NCBI GenBank assembly: GCA_964016885.1
Contig: OZ024764.1
Location: forward strand, 24,676,001-24,740,000
Source of the DNA: Eledone cirrhosa
Taxonomy: Eukaryota
Length of the DNA: 64,000 nucleotides
Direction of reading: 5' to 3'
Shown here: piece after piece, positions 25,362 to 39,521 of the stretch
Layout of the letters: every line of letters starts with the position of its first letter
Position numbering within the stretch: the first letter of the stretch is position 1
Notes under the pieces: model-generated
What the model was told of the DNA's origin: nothing
The model's input: the letters and a program-made list of their open reading frames with translations, nothing else
The model's database searches: none
Position numbers and translations under genes: made by a program

Positions 25362-25610
25362 CTGCTGTATGTATGTAAATATCCGTGCGTGGGATATCCC
25401 TGAGTACATTTTCTTGACCATCAATTGTTAATTGATTGTTTGTTAATTAGGCAGGAATATACCATTATGTCTGTGTTAATCTATGTGTTGCTGTATGTGT
25501 GTAAAGTATCCGAGCGCGGGATATCCCTGAGCTAATTTTGCCTGACTGTTAATAGTGTATTGATTACTGGTTAATTAGGCAGGAATATATTATTATGTCT
25601 TTGTTAATCC
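25362..25610. repeat. Diverged ~127-bp tandem duplication
   Basis: GCTGTATGT..GGGATATCCCTGAG..GTTAATTAGGCAGGAATATA occurs twice. Confidence 0.8.
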
Positions 25611-26544
25611 TGTATCAATAATTTTATAATAATTTTTTGATAGGACATTATTAGATTACTGAAGCTACCTTATACCTTCTTAAAAATACATTTTATAATT
25701 ATTGTCTTTTTGCTTATGTATTTTCTTACTTACCACTTTCTTTAATCTTGCCCAACTTGATAAACTCTTTGAATGGCTCCCTAATTAAATTAAATTACTT
25801 AAATTACTTAAATTATTGTATCTATTATGCCTAAGTTATATCTGTTGAAGCAACCCTTTGAAAATTCCTCGGATATCCCAAATACCGTAATTTTTAACTT
25901 TTAATTTGTAATTTTCCTCAATTCGCTTATATATATCCTTAAAGGCTCTCTAAAATTTTAATTCTTCGAAGGGTCTCTAGGAGGAGGTTCCTATTAAAAA
26001 TATTAAAGGGGCCTTTTCTGAGAGATTTATTGAAGGCTCTTTGAATTAACCTTTAATTGATTAGTTTCTTTCAACTTAGTAGGGAATATCAAAACTTTGT
26101 AAGTTTTCTGAAATTTGTTAACGTGATCTCGGGGGAAGAAAGGTTTTTTTTTTTTCGAAAAAAAATTTTTTCTCTCGAAGGAATTTCTTAGGAAACTTTA
26201 TATTTTTTAGGGAAACTTTATATTTTTATTTTTTTATTTTATTAGCCTCTTAATTTCTTCTAGTTTATTAGGTTTATTGGAGCCTGTAAGCTTTATGCAC
26301 TTATTGAGGGATTTTTTAAGGTGCTTCTACGAGATCCCAAGTCTTTTAATTTAATTTTTATTTTTAATGCGTAAATTATATATTATCTAATTTTTAACCT
26401 TCAATCCCTGACCCCGACAACTAATATAAAAGAGCCCCCTTAGAATATAGACCCCAACTATACAAGCGGAGCTGCTGATGTATACCACAATTTTAATTGA
26501 GTGATATGTTGATGTAAATAATGATCTTACAATCACATGTTATA

Positions 26545-26595
26545 TGCCTTGAAAAGTCCCACCATAAGGTCGGACGGACGAAACAGCTGTCGGCA
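26545..26595 (+). ncRNA. Hammerhead-like motif with variant core TTGAAAA, family H2
   Basis: TGCC-TTGAAAA-GTCC...GGAC-GAAAC-AGCT-GTC-GGCA: all three stems are present, stem III is palindromic and the triplet is GUC. Confidence 0.6.
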
Positions 26596-26998
26596 ATAAA
26601 CTTGTTATAATGTCATAATAGTTCCTTTGTTCTTTTTCACTAATATTTCTGCTCTGCTTATACGCATAGAGCTTAACTAGCTACCGTCACATATTTGGTA
26701 GGTCAGACGTGATCATCGCGATTCACGTACGACCTACCATACATCTTGCTTATATATATATATATATATATATATAGAATTAGTATATCTACCAACATGT
26801 GTACAGATGTACACCCATGCTAGCAAATATATATGTTATGTCTTAGTACCTTTGTGGTTCTATGCAGGGGGATGCAGAACAATTATATGAAAGACGTAAA
26901 ATAAGAAAATTTTAAAAATTAAAAATTAACTTACTTACTAATATTTTTATATGGGTTCCTAGTGTCCGCGCATTGCCTGGGAACTTAGCTGAGAATAG

Positions 26999-27080
26999 AC
27001 TCCCTGATGACGTAAGGAATTCTCTATAGTTATATTACGTAACTATATTTATCCCCTTACAGAAACTAATTAGTTGGAGT
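26999..27080 (+). ncRNA. Type-I hammerhead ribozyme, family H3, inside ~58-bp inverted repeats (26884-26942 / 27087-27145)
   Basis: ACTCC-CTGATGA-CGTAAGG...CCTTACA-GAAAC-TAATTA-GTT-GGAGT. A partial antisense copy lies at ~35860-35950. Confidence 0.75.
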
Positions 27081-27221
27081 GAAAATTTTAGTAAGTAAGT
27101 TAATTTTTTATTTTTAAAATTTTCTTATTTTACGTCTTTCATATATATATATATATTTTTTCTCCTCATGCAATGGCCATACTCGATAACGAGGGGGCAG
27201 CCATCATATATATATATATCT

Positions 27222-29937
27222 ATCATCATCATCATCATCATCATCGTTTAACGTCCATCCTCCACGCTAGCATGGGTTTGGACAGAATTTTCCCACTTGA
27301 GGCAAGATTGGTTGTCTATCTCGCATAGGACTGTCTGGCGGGTTTTCTACGGCTGGATGCCCTTCCTAACACCAACCACGTTTACAGTGTGGACTGGGAG
27401 GTTTTTACCCTGTTACCTACATGGCCACATTACAGTGTGGACTGTGTTTTTTTGTCGTGACACCTACACGACCTCATTTGTTTCGGGCTGGATGTTGTGG
27501 TACCAACATAACTTTACATTGAAGGGGCGGTGTGGATAGGGTAGGGGTAGTGGGACGGGGTGTATTTTAGTAAGAGATGCCTACTGACTGTATGTTTCGC
27601 TTTGTACTTAGGCAAGGCGGGTCTTCTGTATTACTGCGTAGCGCCAAAGCTCTCGGTCCAGTGACATTGTCTTGGAGAGGTGTAAGTGTGTGAGGTCGGA
27701 ATTTATCAAGTCGTCCCAGGTTTTTCTGGGTCTGCCTACCGTCTATTTTTATTGCCTTGCACTTTTTTATACAGCTTTCGTCTTTCATGCGCATCACGTA
27801 ACCATACCAACGTAGTCTTCTCTCAAGAAAACAGCATCTGATCCCTCTTATTCCTAATTTCTCCCTTAGTTCATTTATGCTTTGCCGTTCACGTATATTA
27901 CTATTACACATCCAGCGGAGCATGCAAGCTTCGTTCCTCTCCAGTCTGCGTATATCCTCTGCACACAATGCCCAGCCAGGTCTCACTGCCATGTAACATT
28001 GCTGTTCGTATGCAGGCATCATACAGCCTGCCTTTCATTTTTAGAGAGAACCCTTTAGCGACCAATAGTGATATAAGCTCTCTGAACTTTTTCCATCCCG
28101 TTCTGACTCTAGCTACTGTACTTTCAGAACACCCTCCACCACTGCTGATTTTGTCACCCAGGTAACGGAAGGTGTCCACTATTTCTATAGAACCATCTGT
28201 GCAATGGAATGAGCTAGTATTCTGTGGGCATTTGCTGCTACTTATTGCACCAGAGCACCGGCCACATATAAAATCTATATTCTTAGTTAGCTTACCTGTG
28301 ATCCCACTACACCTTTTATGCACCCATACTTTGCATTTGGAACATAAAATGAAGTTTCTGCCTACTCCTTTCCTACACACTGAGCATGGCCATTTCCCAG
28401 ATGGGACCGGTGCCCTATTTTCCTTCCTACAAACTAGAACTTTAGTCTTAGACAAGTTAATTTTAAGGCCTTTTGATTCTAGGCCATGCTTCCATGTTTG
28501 GAATTTCTTCTCTAGTTCGGCCATTGATTCAGCTATGAGCGTTAGATCATCTGCGTATAGGAGTTCCCATGGGCAGCCGGTTGTGAACTCCTCTGTTATA
28601 GCCTGAAGGGCAATAATAAATAGGAGGGGGCTAAGGACAGAGCCCTGATGGACGCCAACTTTTACGCTAAACTCTTCACTATATTCGTTGTTAATTCTAA
28701 CCTTGCTGACTGTTTCTTTATACATGGCTTGTATAGCTCTCACAAGCCATTCATCAACACCTAGTTTTCTAAGAGCCCACCAGATAATGGAACGGGGGAC
28801 TCTGTCAAAGGCTTTCTCCAAGTAAACAAAAGCTAAGGGGTTTACTTTTAGCTAGGTACTTCTCCTGTAGTTGTCGTACAATGAAAAGAGTGTCTGTGGT
28901 ACTTTTGCCTGACACAAACCCACACTGCATTTCATCTAGATCAATTCGCTCTCTGATTAGTTGCGCTATTACTTTTTCTGTGACCTTCATGACCTGGTCG
29001 ATTAATTTAATGCCTCTATAGTTACCCCTATCTAGGGCAACTCTTTTACCCTTGTAGCAGTTAATGATGATGCTGCTACGCCAGTCCTTCGGAACAACCC
29101 CATTCTGTATGACTTGGTTTACTATCCAGGTGACCCTAGTGTGTCCCACCGTTCCAGCATTTCAGAAGGCCCAGCTGCCTTACCCGTCTTCATATCTTTG
29201 ATTGCCTTACTATACTACCTTCAACTAGCACTGCTGGTCCCTCTATTGGATCGATGTGGGGAGACTGTCTTTCTCCCAATTATTCTCCTCATTTAGTAGC
29301 CTTTCGTAGTGACACTTCCAAGCTACCTTCTTATCAGCGTCAGTGATGGCAAGTACACCATCATCATTAAAGACACACTTCTCCCCGACAATATCACTGT
29401 TTTCCTTGACACATTGCCTAGCAATCCTGAACACCTCACGTTTTTGGTCCTCGCGTTGTAGAACATGCTTGAACTTTCTTTCCTCTGCTTCCCTTCTTGC
29501 AAAGTAAACTTGTCTCCTAGCTTCCCTCCTGGCCACTTGATAGTCTTCTCTACTTCCCCCATCCCGCCATACTTTCCAAGCCTGCTTTTTGGCCTTAATT
29601 GACTCCTCCACCTTACTGTTCCACCACCACGTTACTCTCCTCCTGCCTATAGGCCTGCTCCAGCCACAGGCGTTATCTGCCGCCTTCAGCACGTTTGCTT
29701 TCAGGAATTCCTACTGTACCTCTATATTGTACGTCTCTAATTGCTCTTCCTTACTGTCAAAAGCATCAAGTAATATGCTTTTAAATTTATTACTGGCTGT
29801 GGGGTCTTTTAGCTTCCATATTTTTCTCCTGAGGATAGTCCTCCTCTGTTGTCGAGTACGTCTTGTCCTGACTATGAGGTCACTGACTATGAGTCTATGT
29901 TGGGAGGTGTATTCTTCATGGGGGAGGGATTTAGTGT
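27222..29937 (-). mobile_element. RTE-clade LINE (family C), ~2.7 kb, frameshifted RT
   Basis: ORFs 29243..29692, 28805..29149, 27904..28821 ([29 protein letters not shown]-x2-C insert) and 27567..28022; (TGA)n tail. Confidence 0.93.
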
Positions 29938-30627
29938 TTACAAGTAAAACAAGCAGTCAAAGCAGGCAATCAAGAGCACCATGGGGGTGAACTGGTTAAG
30001 CATTATTTACACACACCTGTACGATATAGAAGCCCGTGTGTAGAGAAACACCAAAAATATCAAAAATATTACAAATGAGAAGCAAAACAGCACCACTGTC
30101 CTCGTACACACCACCACTCTCACAATCCAGGAAACGTAATTTATAGACTACATGTCCATCACACAATCCATGATGATTCAACATTGGGTGCCTGGTGAAC
30201 CATGCTAGAACATCATAGCTTGTCGTTCTTTAATTCGATTCATAGATCAGGTTGTTTTTGTTGTGAGAGATGACATCGTATTATATTCCGGAAGTGTGTG
30301 TGTGACTGCTTGTTTTACTTGTAACAATCTGCTGCACTATAATCTTGTATAAATAGGACACGCGCCCATGCCACACGTGTGACTGTTGAATACACTGGCT
30401 ACTCCAAACTTTCCTCTTGCTTTATCTTCATAAACTGCCAATGTTTTATTTTTATTTTTATTTTAATTTAAATTTTGTGTTTTAATATGACTGTAATCTT
30501 TGTATGTAAATTACCATGCTATATTATTATAATGGGTGTCAACCCACTGTGGGTCAATATATACATATGTTTCTATATGTCTCTTGTGTTGAAAAGGAGG
30601 TCAAGTATGTTAAAAATCACTGAATAA

Positions 30628-30676
30628 TTGCTCCGAAGACTCCAAACCTCGGTTTGGAAGAAACGATTGTAAGCAA
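30628..30676 (+). ncRNA. Hammerhead motif with variant core CCGAAGA, family H4
   Basis: TTGCT-CCGAAGA-CTCCAAACC-TC-GGTTTGGAA-GAAAC-GATT-GTA-AGCAA. Confidence 0.7.
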
Positions 30677-30791
30677 ATAAATGATTTAAACAGAACTTTG
30701 TTTCATGTAATCTCTATATATATATACATATATATATATAGGTATATATATATGAAATATAAGAATCAAAGAACTGTTCAAAACATTATTG

Positions 30792-30839
30792 TGCTTACAG
30801 CTGTTTCCTCCAAACCGAGGTTTGGATTCTTCGGAGCAA
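30792..30839 (-). ncRNA. Hammerhead motif family H4 (antisense copy)
   Basis: Minus strand reads TTGCT-CCGAAGA-ATCCAAACCTCGGTTTGGAG-GAAAC-AGCT-GTA-AGCA. Confidence 0.7.
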
Positions 30840-31775
30840 TTTATTAATGCATGGACAGTTATATGACCTCCTTTTCAGCCGAGAGACATACCGATACATA
30901 TTCAAACATTGATACATATTCAAACATTGTGGGTCAACATTCATTACAGAATTTAGAGTGGCAGTACACTCTTCGAGATTACATTTATATTAAGAGGTAC
31001 AATCAAAAATCAAAAATACAGGTTAAAATACAACATGAAGATAAGCGGTTATATAGTGCAAATGTTATATATGTGGCACGCATGTGCGTCTTGTTTATAT
31101 AGTGTGGCAGAGAGATATGTGTGGTAGAGGCACTTAGGTAGGTAAACAAGAGTGTTAGGTTGGTAGATCTGGTGGCAAATTCTTTATATGATTGATATAG
31201 TCTGTGTGTGGAGAAATGTTATAAGCATTAAAAATAGTGCAAGCATTAAAAGTGTTAAAAGTATTGGAGATGCACAGCGAAGGGATGTCAAGTATTTCAT
31301 GTACTTCAGCATTTTCATGGTCAGGGGAGTGTATTTTTCGATTATATGCCCCTCACATAATCCACGACAATCCGATATTGAGCGTTTGACAATCCCGTTA
31401 GAGATCGTAGTCTGGTGTTCTTTAGTTCAATACAGGAGGCTGTTACGTTTCGAGAAACGCCATTGAATACCACCCGGAAGTGTGTGTGTGGCTAAGGGGA
31501 GTTAATGCATGCGGGGAGGTAACTCCGGGGTTTCTATATCTAGCTATTAAAATGTGTCACAATATAGACCCTAATTTCTATGGTGATGCGCATCCTCCAA
31601 GAAAATTTTTAAAGCATAAAGTGTATTATCTATAGAGTAGTTTAATTAAGTTATGCTGAAGGTGATCATATTATAATGGTGGATTAACCCATTGTAAGGT
31701 GCCACAAAAGGAAATTATAGATGATATATGTATATATACATATAAATTATATATGTATATATACATATATGTGTG

Positions 31776-31806
<31 letters not shown>

Positions 31807-31885
31807 GTATATATACATATATGTATATATATATATATATATGAGTATATATGTATATATATATATATATATGAGTATATATATG

Positions 31886-31916
<31 letters not shown>

Positions 31917-31927
31917 GTATATATACA

Positions 31928-31964
<37 letters not shown>

Positions 31965-32065
31965 ATATAGATATATATGTATATATATATATGTATATAT
32001 ACATATATGTATATATATATAAGTGTATATATATATATATATGTGTATATACATATATATGTGTG

Positions 32066-32140
<75 letters not shown>

Positions 32141-32203
32141 GTATATATATATATGTATATATACATATATGTGTATATATATATATGTATATATACATAT
32201 ATG

Positions 32204-32241
<38 letters not shown>

Positions 32242-32262
32242 TATGTGTGTATATATATATAT

Positions 32263-33166
32263 ACAACTACACTCATCTTCTCACCTGTGTCGACCGATTT
32301 TCTCGCTGGCCAGAAGCTTTTCCCCTGACGGATATTACTGCGGAAACTGTTGCCAAAACGCTAGTGTTTCACTGGGTTTCGCGTTTCAGCACACCCGCGA
32401 CCATCACTACGGATAGAGGACGTCAGTTCGATTTGAACCTATTTACCGAGCTGACTCGTCTCCTCGGGTGTAAACACATCCGTACAACAGCGTATCACCC
32501 TGCCGCTAACGGCATGGTAGAACGCTTACATCTATCAAGGCTTACGAAGACTCCACTAACTGGTTCGAATACCTCCCACTCATTCTTCTTGGTATTCGTT
32601 CCACTGTTAAAGAGGGAGTCGGACATTCTCCGGCTGAAATATTGTATGGCACCGTACTCACTCTACCCGGACAAATCATTGCTCCTGTTTCGCCACAAGA
32701 ACTTCCAGACCCTACAAAATATGTGCACCGTTTACGGTCATCGATGTCGCATCTGTCTCCTTCAGCCCCTAAACAACAACACGTTACTTCACACATACCA
32801 AAAGACATCGATACATGGACGCATGTTTTCGTTAGAAATGACGGTATTCCATCGCAACTTCGTTCGCCGTATTCCGGGCCCTATAAGGTGATACAGAAAT
32901 GCCCCAAGTATTTCGTCCTCGACTTGAACGGGAAACGAAATACCGTCTCCATTGATCGTTTAAAAAAAGCATTCATACAACAGGAATTGCCACCAGTACC
33001 CACCGTTTCTCCAGCAGACTCACCAACAACTTTGTCCGACACAAACACGACAAATTCTGCACAACTCCGACACACCAAATCTGGAAGAACAGTCCGATGG
33101 CCCACGCGATACATACAAGTTTATCGGGTAAGTACAAATTATGCATCTGGTCGACATTTCGGCTAA
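32263..33166 (+). mobile_element. Gypsy/Ty3 LTR retrotransposon integrase fragment (frameshifted)
   Basis: [22 protein letters not shown] and [14 protein letters not shown] (DDE core), followed by the GPY/F motif PYSGPYKV...VSIDRLK. Confidence 0.92.
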
Positions 33167-33542
33167 TTTGTACATTTCAACGAATCGGCCAATTTCTGTG
33201 GTCATGAACTATTGCTACACACAAATCAATTAACTCTGTGCATCACCCACATCAAAAGAACAGACAAAAGAACATTTTTCCGTTTCTATGAAATGAAAGA
33301 ACTTTTAATCAACAAACTTTTCGTACGAACACTTTCAATTTTATGTAACATCACAGTACATTTTCCTGCATGTAAATTTCTTTTGCTTTGCATGTTTTCT
33401 TTCATGTCTCCTGTTTGTAAATGACTTTCATGTGTTTTTTGTTTTTACTGATTTTCTTCAACAACACACCTAGACATACCTATCTCCATTTCACATGCAC
33501 CTAGATCGTTCAATCTTAGCTTTCTCACTGGAAGGGGGGTAC

Positions 33543-34258
33543 TATAACGGCGGCGAAGATTCGAAACCGAATCTGAGCTTTCCCGCCTCTGGGACAAGCC
33601 GTGGTAACTTGTTTACTCTCAAGAGACTAACCCCTTGGGAGAGGCTAAACACAGGTCAGAGGTGTTTACGCCTGACAGAAAATAGGTCAGAGGATATATC
33701 CATCTTTCTGACTTTTTTACGCTTGGCAAACTAATCCCTTGGGAGACTAACCAAAGTTCAGAGGATATATCTATCCTTCTAACTTCAACTCTTATAAATA
33801 CAGGGGTTGTTCACGCCGCGACAGAAAAGAAGTGGGATACAGACAAGACAAGTCGTTTTTACAAGCTCTCGTCACGAAAAACCAGTCTGCCACTTATTCT
33901 CACCTTCCTGGCTGATCGCTGACTCCTGCAATACAAATAAGTAAATATACTGATACGCCGCACACACGCATTCATAGTGGGTCCAGCATTTGTACACGCA
34001 CCATTCATTTCTGTTTACACATATTATAATCGTATTCTGTGATACTTGAATTTACGTGGCTCGAAGAGCCACCAAATTATTGTATGAATATTTTGTGTCA
34101 TTGATTTTATCATTCAATAATCAAATTGAATATTGTGTAATGAAATAAACTTTGTAACACCACAATCCTGGTATTTTTCTTTACATCGAAACCACCATAC
34201 CAACAGTTACATCCATCCATCCACTTATCGTTACAACCACACATAATATTCCGTTACA
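33543..34258 (+). mobile_element. 3' LTR of the Gypsy element (~716 bp)
   Basis: Polypurine tract GGAAGGGGGG at 33530-33539, termini TATAACGG...CCGTTACA (one change from the TG..CA inverted pair), internal TATAAATA and AATAAA. Confidence 0.8.
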
Positions 34259-34416
34259 TATATATATATATGTATATATATATGTATATATATATATATA
34301 GTTGCCATGCTATATCATTTGATGAATGTCACCCCACTGTTGATCAATATGCGCATATGTTTTATGTGTCTCTTGGGTTGAAAAGGAGGTCAAGTATGTT
34401 ATAGATCAGTAAATAG

Positions 34417-34465
34417 TTGCTCCGAAGAATCCAAACCTCGGTTTGGAGGAAACAATTGTAAGCAA
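34417..34465 (+). ncRNA. Hammerhead motif family H4 (third copy)
   Basis: TTGCT-CCGAAGA-ATCCAAACCTCGGTTTGGAG-GAAAC-AATT-GTA-AGCAA. Confidence 0.7.
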
Positions 34466-34501
34466 ATAAATGACTTAAACTGAACTTTGATTATTGTAAT
34501 C

Positions 34502-34535
<34 letters not shown>

Positions 34536-34602
34536 CGTTATTCCGGGTTGAATCGGAGGTAACCACAGTAAGTAAGGTACTCAATACATTGCAGATTATA
34601 AA

Positions 34603-34651
34603 AGTTTCTGATGATTTCTAAAGAATGAAACAGTTCTAGTCCTGTAGAATC
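34603..34651 (+). ncRNA. Possible hammerhead motif, family H5
   Basis: CTGATGA-TTTC-TAAA-GAAT-GAAACAG...CTGTA; stem I is weak. Confidence 0.45.
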
Positions 34652-34658
34652 TCATCTA

Positions 34659-34716
<58 letters not shown>

Positions 34717-34724
34717 CATATATG

Positions 34725-34767
<43 letters not shown>

Positions 34768-34769
<2 letters not shown>

Positions 34770-35189
34770 TGTTATACTTTGGGAGGGTCATGTTGCCAAT
34801 AAGAAACACACGCACCAGTTGCTTTCACTTCAATTTATTATAAATTTATAAATTTACACACACACACACAGAAACAAAATGGCGTAGGATAGAAGAAAGG
34901 AAAGGCACAGAAACAAAGAAAGGAGTCCCCAGTCACTGAAGAGGTCACAGAGTGTGTGACGAAAGGACTATGACTATATATAAACAACTATCTGGTTGTG
35001 GAACCAACCAACCAACCAGAAATTTATAAGTTTGTAGATTTGTAAATTTATAAATTTATAATAAATTGAAGTGAAAGCAACTGGTGCATGTGTTTCTTAT
35101 TGGCAACATGACCCTCCCAAAGTATAACAATATCGGTTTCAACACACGATTTCAGATAAAGAATCTTGCTAAACAAATTCAGAAACGAA

Positions 35190-35190
<1 letters not shown>
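34768..35190. mobile_element. Fold-back element (~90-bp inverted arms) carrying hammerhead H6; related copies at 52425-52800 and 62275-62785
   Basis: GTTATACTTTGGGAGGGTCATGTTGCC... is mirrored by ...GGCAACATGACCCTCCCAAAGTATAAC; the element sits in (TA)n. Confidence 0.75.
34931..34975 (+). ncRNA. Type-I hammerhead motif, family H6
   Basis: AGTCA-CTGAAGA-G-GTCACA-GAGTG-TGTGAC-GAAA-GGAC-TA-TGACT. Confidence 0.7.
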
Positions 35191-35265
<75 letters not shown>

Positions 35266-35266
35266 G

Positions 35267-35315
<49 letters not shown>

Positions 35316-35316
35316 G

Positions 35317-35406
<90 letters not shown>

Positions 35407-35556
35407 AATATATGTATATATATATATGTATATATAAATATATGTATATATATATATATATATATAACCTACTCCAACCAGTAGGCATCTCTAACAAAAT
35501 ACACCCCCCCCACCCCCCACCCCCCACCCCCACCAGACCACCCCGTTCTATGTAAA

Positions 35557-35846
35557 GTTATGTTGGTGCCGCGCCATAGGCCGAAACAAATGAGATCGTG
35601 TAGGTGTCACGACAAAAAAACACACAGTCCACGCTGTAATGTGGCCGTGTAGGCAACACGGTAAAAACCTCCCAGACCCACACTGTAAATGTGGTTGGTG
35701 TTAGGAAGGGCATCCAACTGTAGAAAACCTGCCAGACAGTCCTATGCGAGCAAGACAATCACTCTTGCCTCAAGTGGGACTACCCCCGTCTAAACCCATG
35801 CAAGCGTCGAACACGGACGTTAAACGTTGATGATGATGATGATGAT
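35557..35846 (+). mobile_element. RTE family C-like 3' UTR fragment
   Basis: Reverse complement of ~27230-27510; ends GGACGTTAAACG(TGA)n. Confidence 0.8.
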
Positions 35847-35996
35847 ATATATAAATATATAAAAGACGTAAAATAAGAAAATTTAAAAAAAAATTAAAAA
35901 AAAAATTAACTTACTTAAATTTTCACTCCAACTAATTAGTTTCTGCAATGGGATAAAGACAAATTATCTATATATATAAATATATGTATATATAAA

Positions 35997-36059
<63 letters not shown>

Positions 36060-36237
36060 ATAAATACAATATCGGAGAAAGCTTTTTAGCGATACTCCGG
36101 CCAAATTCCAACTCACTCAACAAACATTAGGAAATAAGTGATTATATTCCCAATTATGTGTTCGGGGTGCTAACTAAAAGTATTGCGTGGAAAATTGGCT
36201 GTATTATTTCAAATGAGACATATCTAATATATCTCTT

Positions 36238-36364
36238 CCCAGACGGACGTCTCGTTTCATTATAGGACTCCTACAATTTGGGTGAAATTATACCAATTTA
36301 TGTAGGAGCTTGTATACCATCAAAAGATATACATTCAAGTGGGCTCCTATAATTCATCAGTGGG
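36238..36364 (-). ncRNA. Type-I hammerhead with ~95-nt branched stem II, family H7
   Basis: Minus strand reads CCCA-CTGATGA-ATTATAGGA...TCCTATAAT-GAAACG-AGACGTC-CGTC-TGGG. Confidence 0.75.
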
Positions 36365-36739
36365 TGCCCCAATAATACTAATATTGATAATCTAACCAAC
36401 ATCACCATTTAGCGATAATCACTTTCTGTGCCTGAGGTATCTGTCAGGTAGCCAGTCCAGCAGTTCTGAAAGAAGTGCTCGAATTGATTCAAAAAATGAG
36501 GAAGTGAATTACCGCCAAAAAAAACAATACATGCGCGTGACAATGAACTCTGAAAGGAATTCAGGCCGCGTGCTAAGAACTCAATTGGAAATTGAAAAAA
36601 TATCTATGTGTGTACAACATTTGATGACACTCACAGATATTTTCTCGGGCAAAATAACAGAATGAGATATAAGGAACAATCAATATTCATATATAAAATA
36701 TAAAACAAAGAAATGCTAACCTTATACCGGGAATTTTTA

Positions 36740-36780
<41 letters not shown>

Positions 36781-36918
36781 AATATATGTATATATATGTA
36801 TATATATATATATATATATATGTATATAGAAATATATGTATATATATATGTATATATAAATATATGTATATATATATGTATATATATATGTATATATAAA
36901 TATATGTATATATATATG

Positions 36919-37861
36919 TATTAAAATATAAGTATTAATAAAATAGATGTTCTTTTGATCAATTACATTTTATTATACATATTTCGGATGTATAACCTAC
37001 GTCCTCATCAGACAAAATATAATGATACATGACATACCCTGAGATGTTAAATGGTTAAGATTTAATCAAGGTAGTGATTAACCTAAGAGAAAATTTTACT
37101 TATATCCTATCTATGTGAAAATGCGAAAACGTAATAAATTCATTAGAGAATATGTGAGTAAGAAAAAACGTTGCATACTGTAAGTGTTCTAAAATTTTAA
37201 AGTGTATGATACTACAATATATCTAGGAAAACGTCTCATGAATCATAACAGCCAGTGATAGCCACTGGAAACAGATTTATAAGGAGGGAAAAATAAAGTG
37301 TGGGGGGGGGGGGTCGAAAGTTAAACGGTTAGATTTGAAAATATTTAATTTATAATATTAAGGTGAAGATTTCAGGATTATTTGCTAGTTATTTATATAT
37401 TATTTATATAAATTCCATAAGTATGTTATGATTTTTAAACTTCTGAATTGTGAGAATAACATTTAAAGGATTTAGGTGGCCCATAAAGAATGAAATATTA
37501 TACTGTTGATTATTTACCTAAATTTAAACTTTAACAAATATACCAACATATTAGGTATGTAAAGCTTTTGAAGTACTTATTGTTATAAATATTTAAATAA
37601 CTATTATGTGTATAGGTATATATTAATGAGCCAGTATGTTTAAGGTAAATAATACCAACGAAGATAAAAATAAAATATGTTAAGGATAAATATATACATA
37701 TGTATAACTGGGTGTAAATGTACTAATTATTCTTCAACCAAGATGTCAACATATTATTAGATATAGGGATGTATATATATAAATATATATTAGGTATTAT
37801 TAGTGTAGTATACTTTAGGTAAATGATAACAGTTATACTCTTATCAACGTGTCACATTTAA

Positions 37862-37894
<33 letters not shown>

Positions 37895-38649
37895 AAAAAC
37901 AAACAATGAGTGCATGGATAATACATAGTTCAAAATAATGTCTATAATAATTTTTAGTTTGGATATTTTCTCTATATTTGAATCATATATATAGAAATGT
38001 GGTAGGTATATTTAAAAATATTTAAAGATATATAAAATACAATATATAACTACATATATATTATAATACATATATTATAAATAAATAAATAAGTGATCGA
38101 AAGTACAGCGAAAAATTCACATTTATATATAAGTTTGAATCCGTCTCAAAATTTAGATTTTATAGTGCAGTAAGTATATTTAAAAGAAATATATGCTATA
38201 TTATACTATAAATAATTGTTTCTACTTTAGGCACAAGGCCAGCAATTAACCAGTGCATTACTGGTACTTTATTTTATCGATCCCGTAAGGATGAAAGGCA
38301 AAGTCAACCTCGGCGGGATTTGAACTCAGATCGTAAAGGGACGTAACTATGCTGGAAAGCATGGCGTCCGACCCTCTACCGATACTGCCAATCCACCGCC
38401 CTCTATTATACTATATTATACTATAAATAATGGATCACATTCTCTAATGAATTTATTACGTTTTCGCATTTTCACATAGATAGGATATATATATATATAC
38501 TACCTTGATTAAATCTTAACCATTTAACATCTCAGGGAATGTCATGTATCATTATATTTTGTCTGATGAGGACGTACATCCGAAATATGTATAATAAAAT
38601 GTAATTGATCAAAAGAACATCTATTTTATTAATACTTATATTTTAATAT
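36919..38649. mobile_element. AT-rich element with ~220-bp terminal inverted repeats, each carrying hammerhead H8 (36968-37018 minus; 38556-38600 plus)
   Basis: 36919-37150 is mirrored at 38438-38649; motif TTTTGT-CTGATGA-GGACGT..ACATCC-GAAATATGTA. Confidence 0.7.
38212..38401 (-). mobile_element. SINE family 2, full length with 21-bp TSD
   Basis: CTATATTATACTATAAATAAT at 38196-38216 and 38411-38431. Confidence 0.88.
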
Positions 38650-38811
38650 TAATAACTCCAGAAAATAATTTTTTTTATCCGTTGAGTGCTTCCAATCTAC
38701 TGTAAAACTCATTCTTTGACATAATCATTGAATAAACAAACAAACAGCCTGAATTACGCCGTACAGTGTTTAGGCAACCACGTCACCTTTTTGTTCAACA
38801 CTGACAAAGGA

Positions 38812-38854
38812 ACGATGTACTAGTTTCAAGCTTATTAGCTATCGTCAGCATCGT
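38812..38854 (-). ncRNA. Minimal type-I hammerhead, family H9
   Basis: Minus strand reads ACGATG-CTGACGA-TAGCT-AATA-AGCTT-GAAAC-TA-GTA-CATCGT. The surrounding 38740-39270 is homologous, inverted, to 52830-53190. Confidence 0.75.
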
Positions 38855-39355
38855 ATACCTTCCTGCCAGATGGTTGAACGTCTCAAAATATATACTTTTT
38901 TTATGCATATTAACGGCTGAGCAGCCTAATTTGCATATTGAGTGAGTTAATCGGCCGGGCACACCGAAAACGATAAACGGGAAAAATGAAACAAAATTTC
39001 ATTTCTCACTCTTTGTACGGCTGTTACTTAAATATAAGTATGTATACGTACATACATATATGTATACAGACGTACAGTAGTATGTATATATATATATATA
39101 CATACATGCAAACATATATATATGTACGTATGGATTCACCGAACATTTATTATAATGATCGGTAAACCGATACGTGCATATATATATATGTGTGCATGTA
39201 TGTATATATATACATACTACTGTACGTCTGTATACATATATGTATGTACGTATACATGCATACATACTTATATATATATATATGTATATATATATATGTA
39301 TATATATATGTGTATATATATATATGTATATATATATATGTATGTTTATATATGT

Positions 39356-39508
<153 letters not shown>

Positions 39509-39521
39509 TATAAATATATAT

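Larger units (their letters stand above)
29938..31470. mobile_element. Penelope-type non-coding termini in inverted arrangement (family carrying H4)
   Basis: 29938-29960 is inverted at 30303-30323, and 30510-30715 is mirrored from ~30760. A third copy lies at 34300-34500. Confidence 0.55.

Noticed and set aside
25640-26420. Very AT-rich stretch resembling decayed coding or organellar DNA
   Set aside because: No ORF or protein motif could be supported. It may be the interior of the H2-bearing element but is left unassigned.
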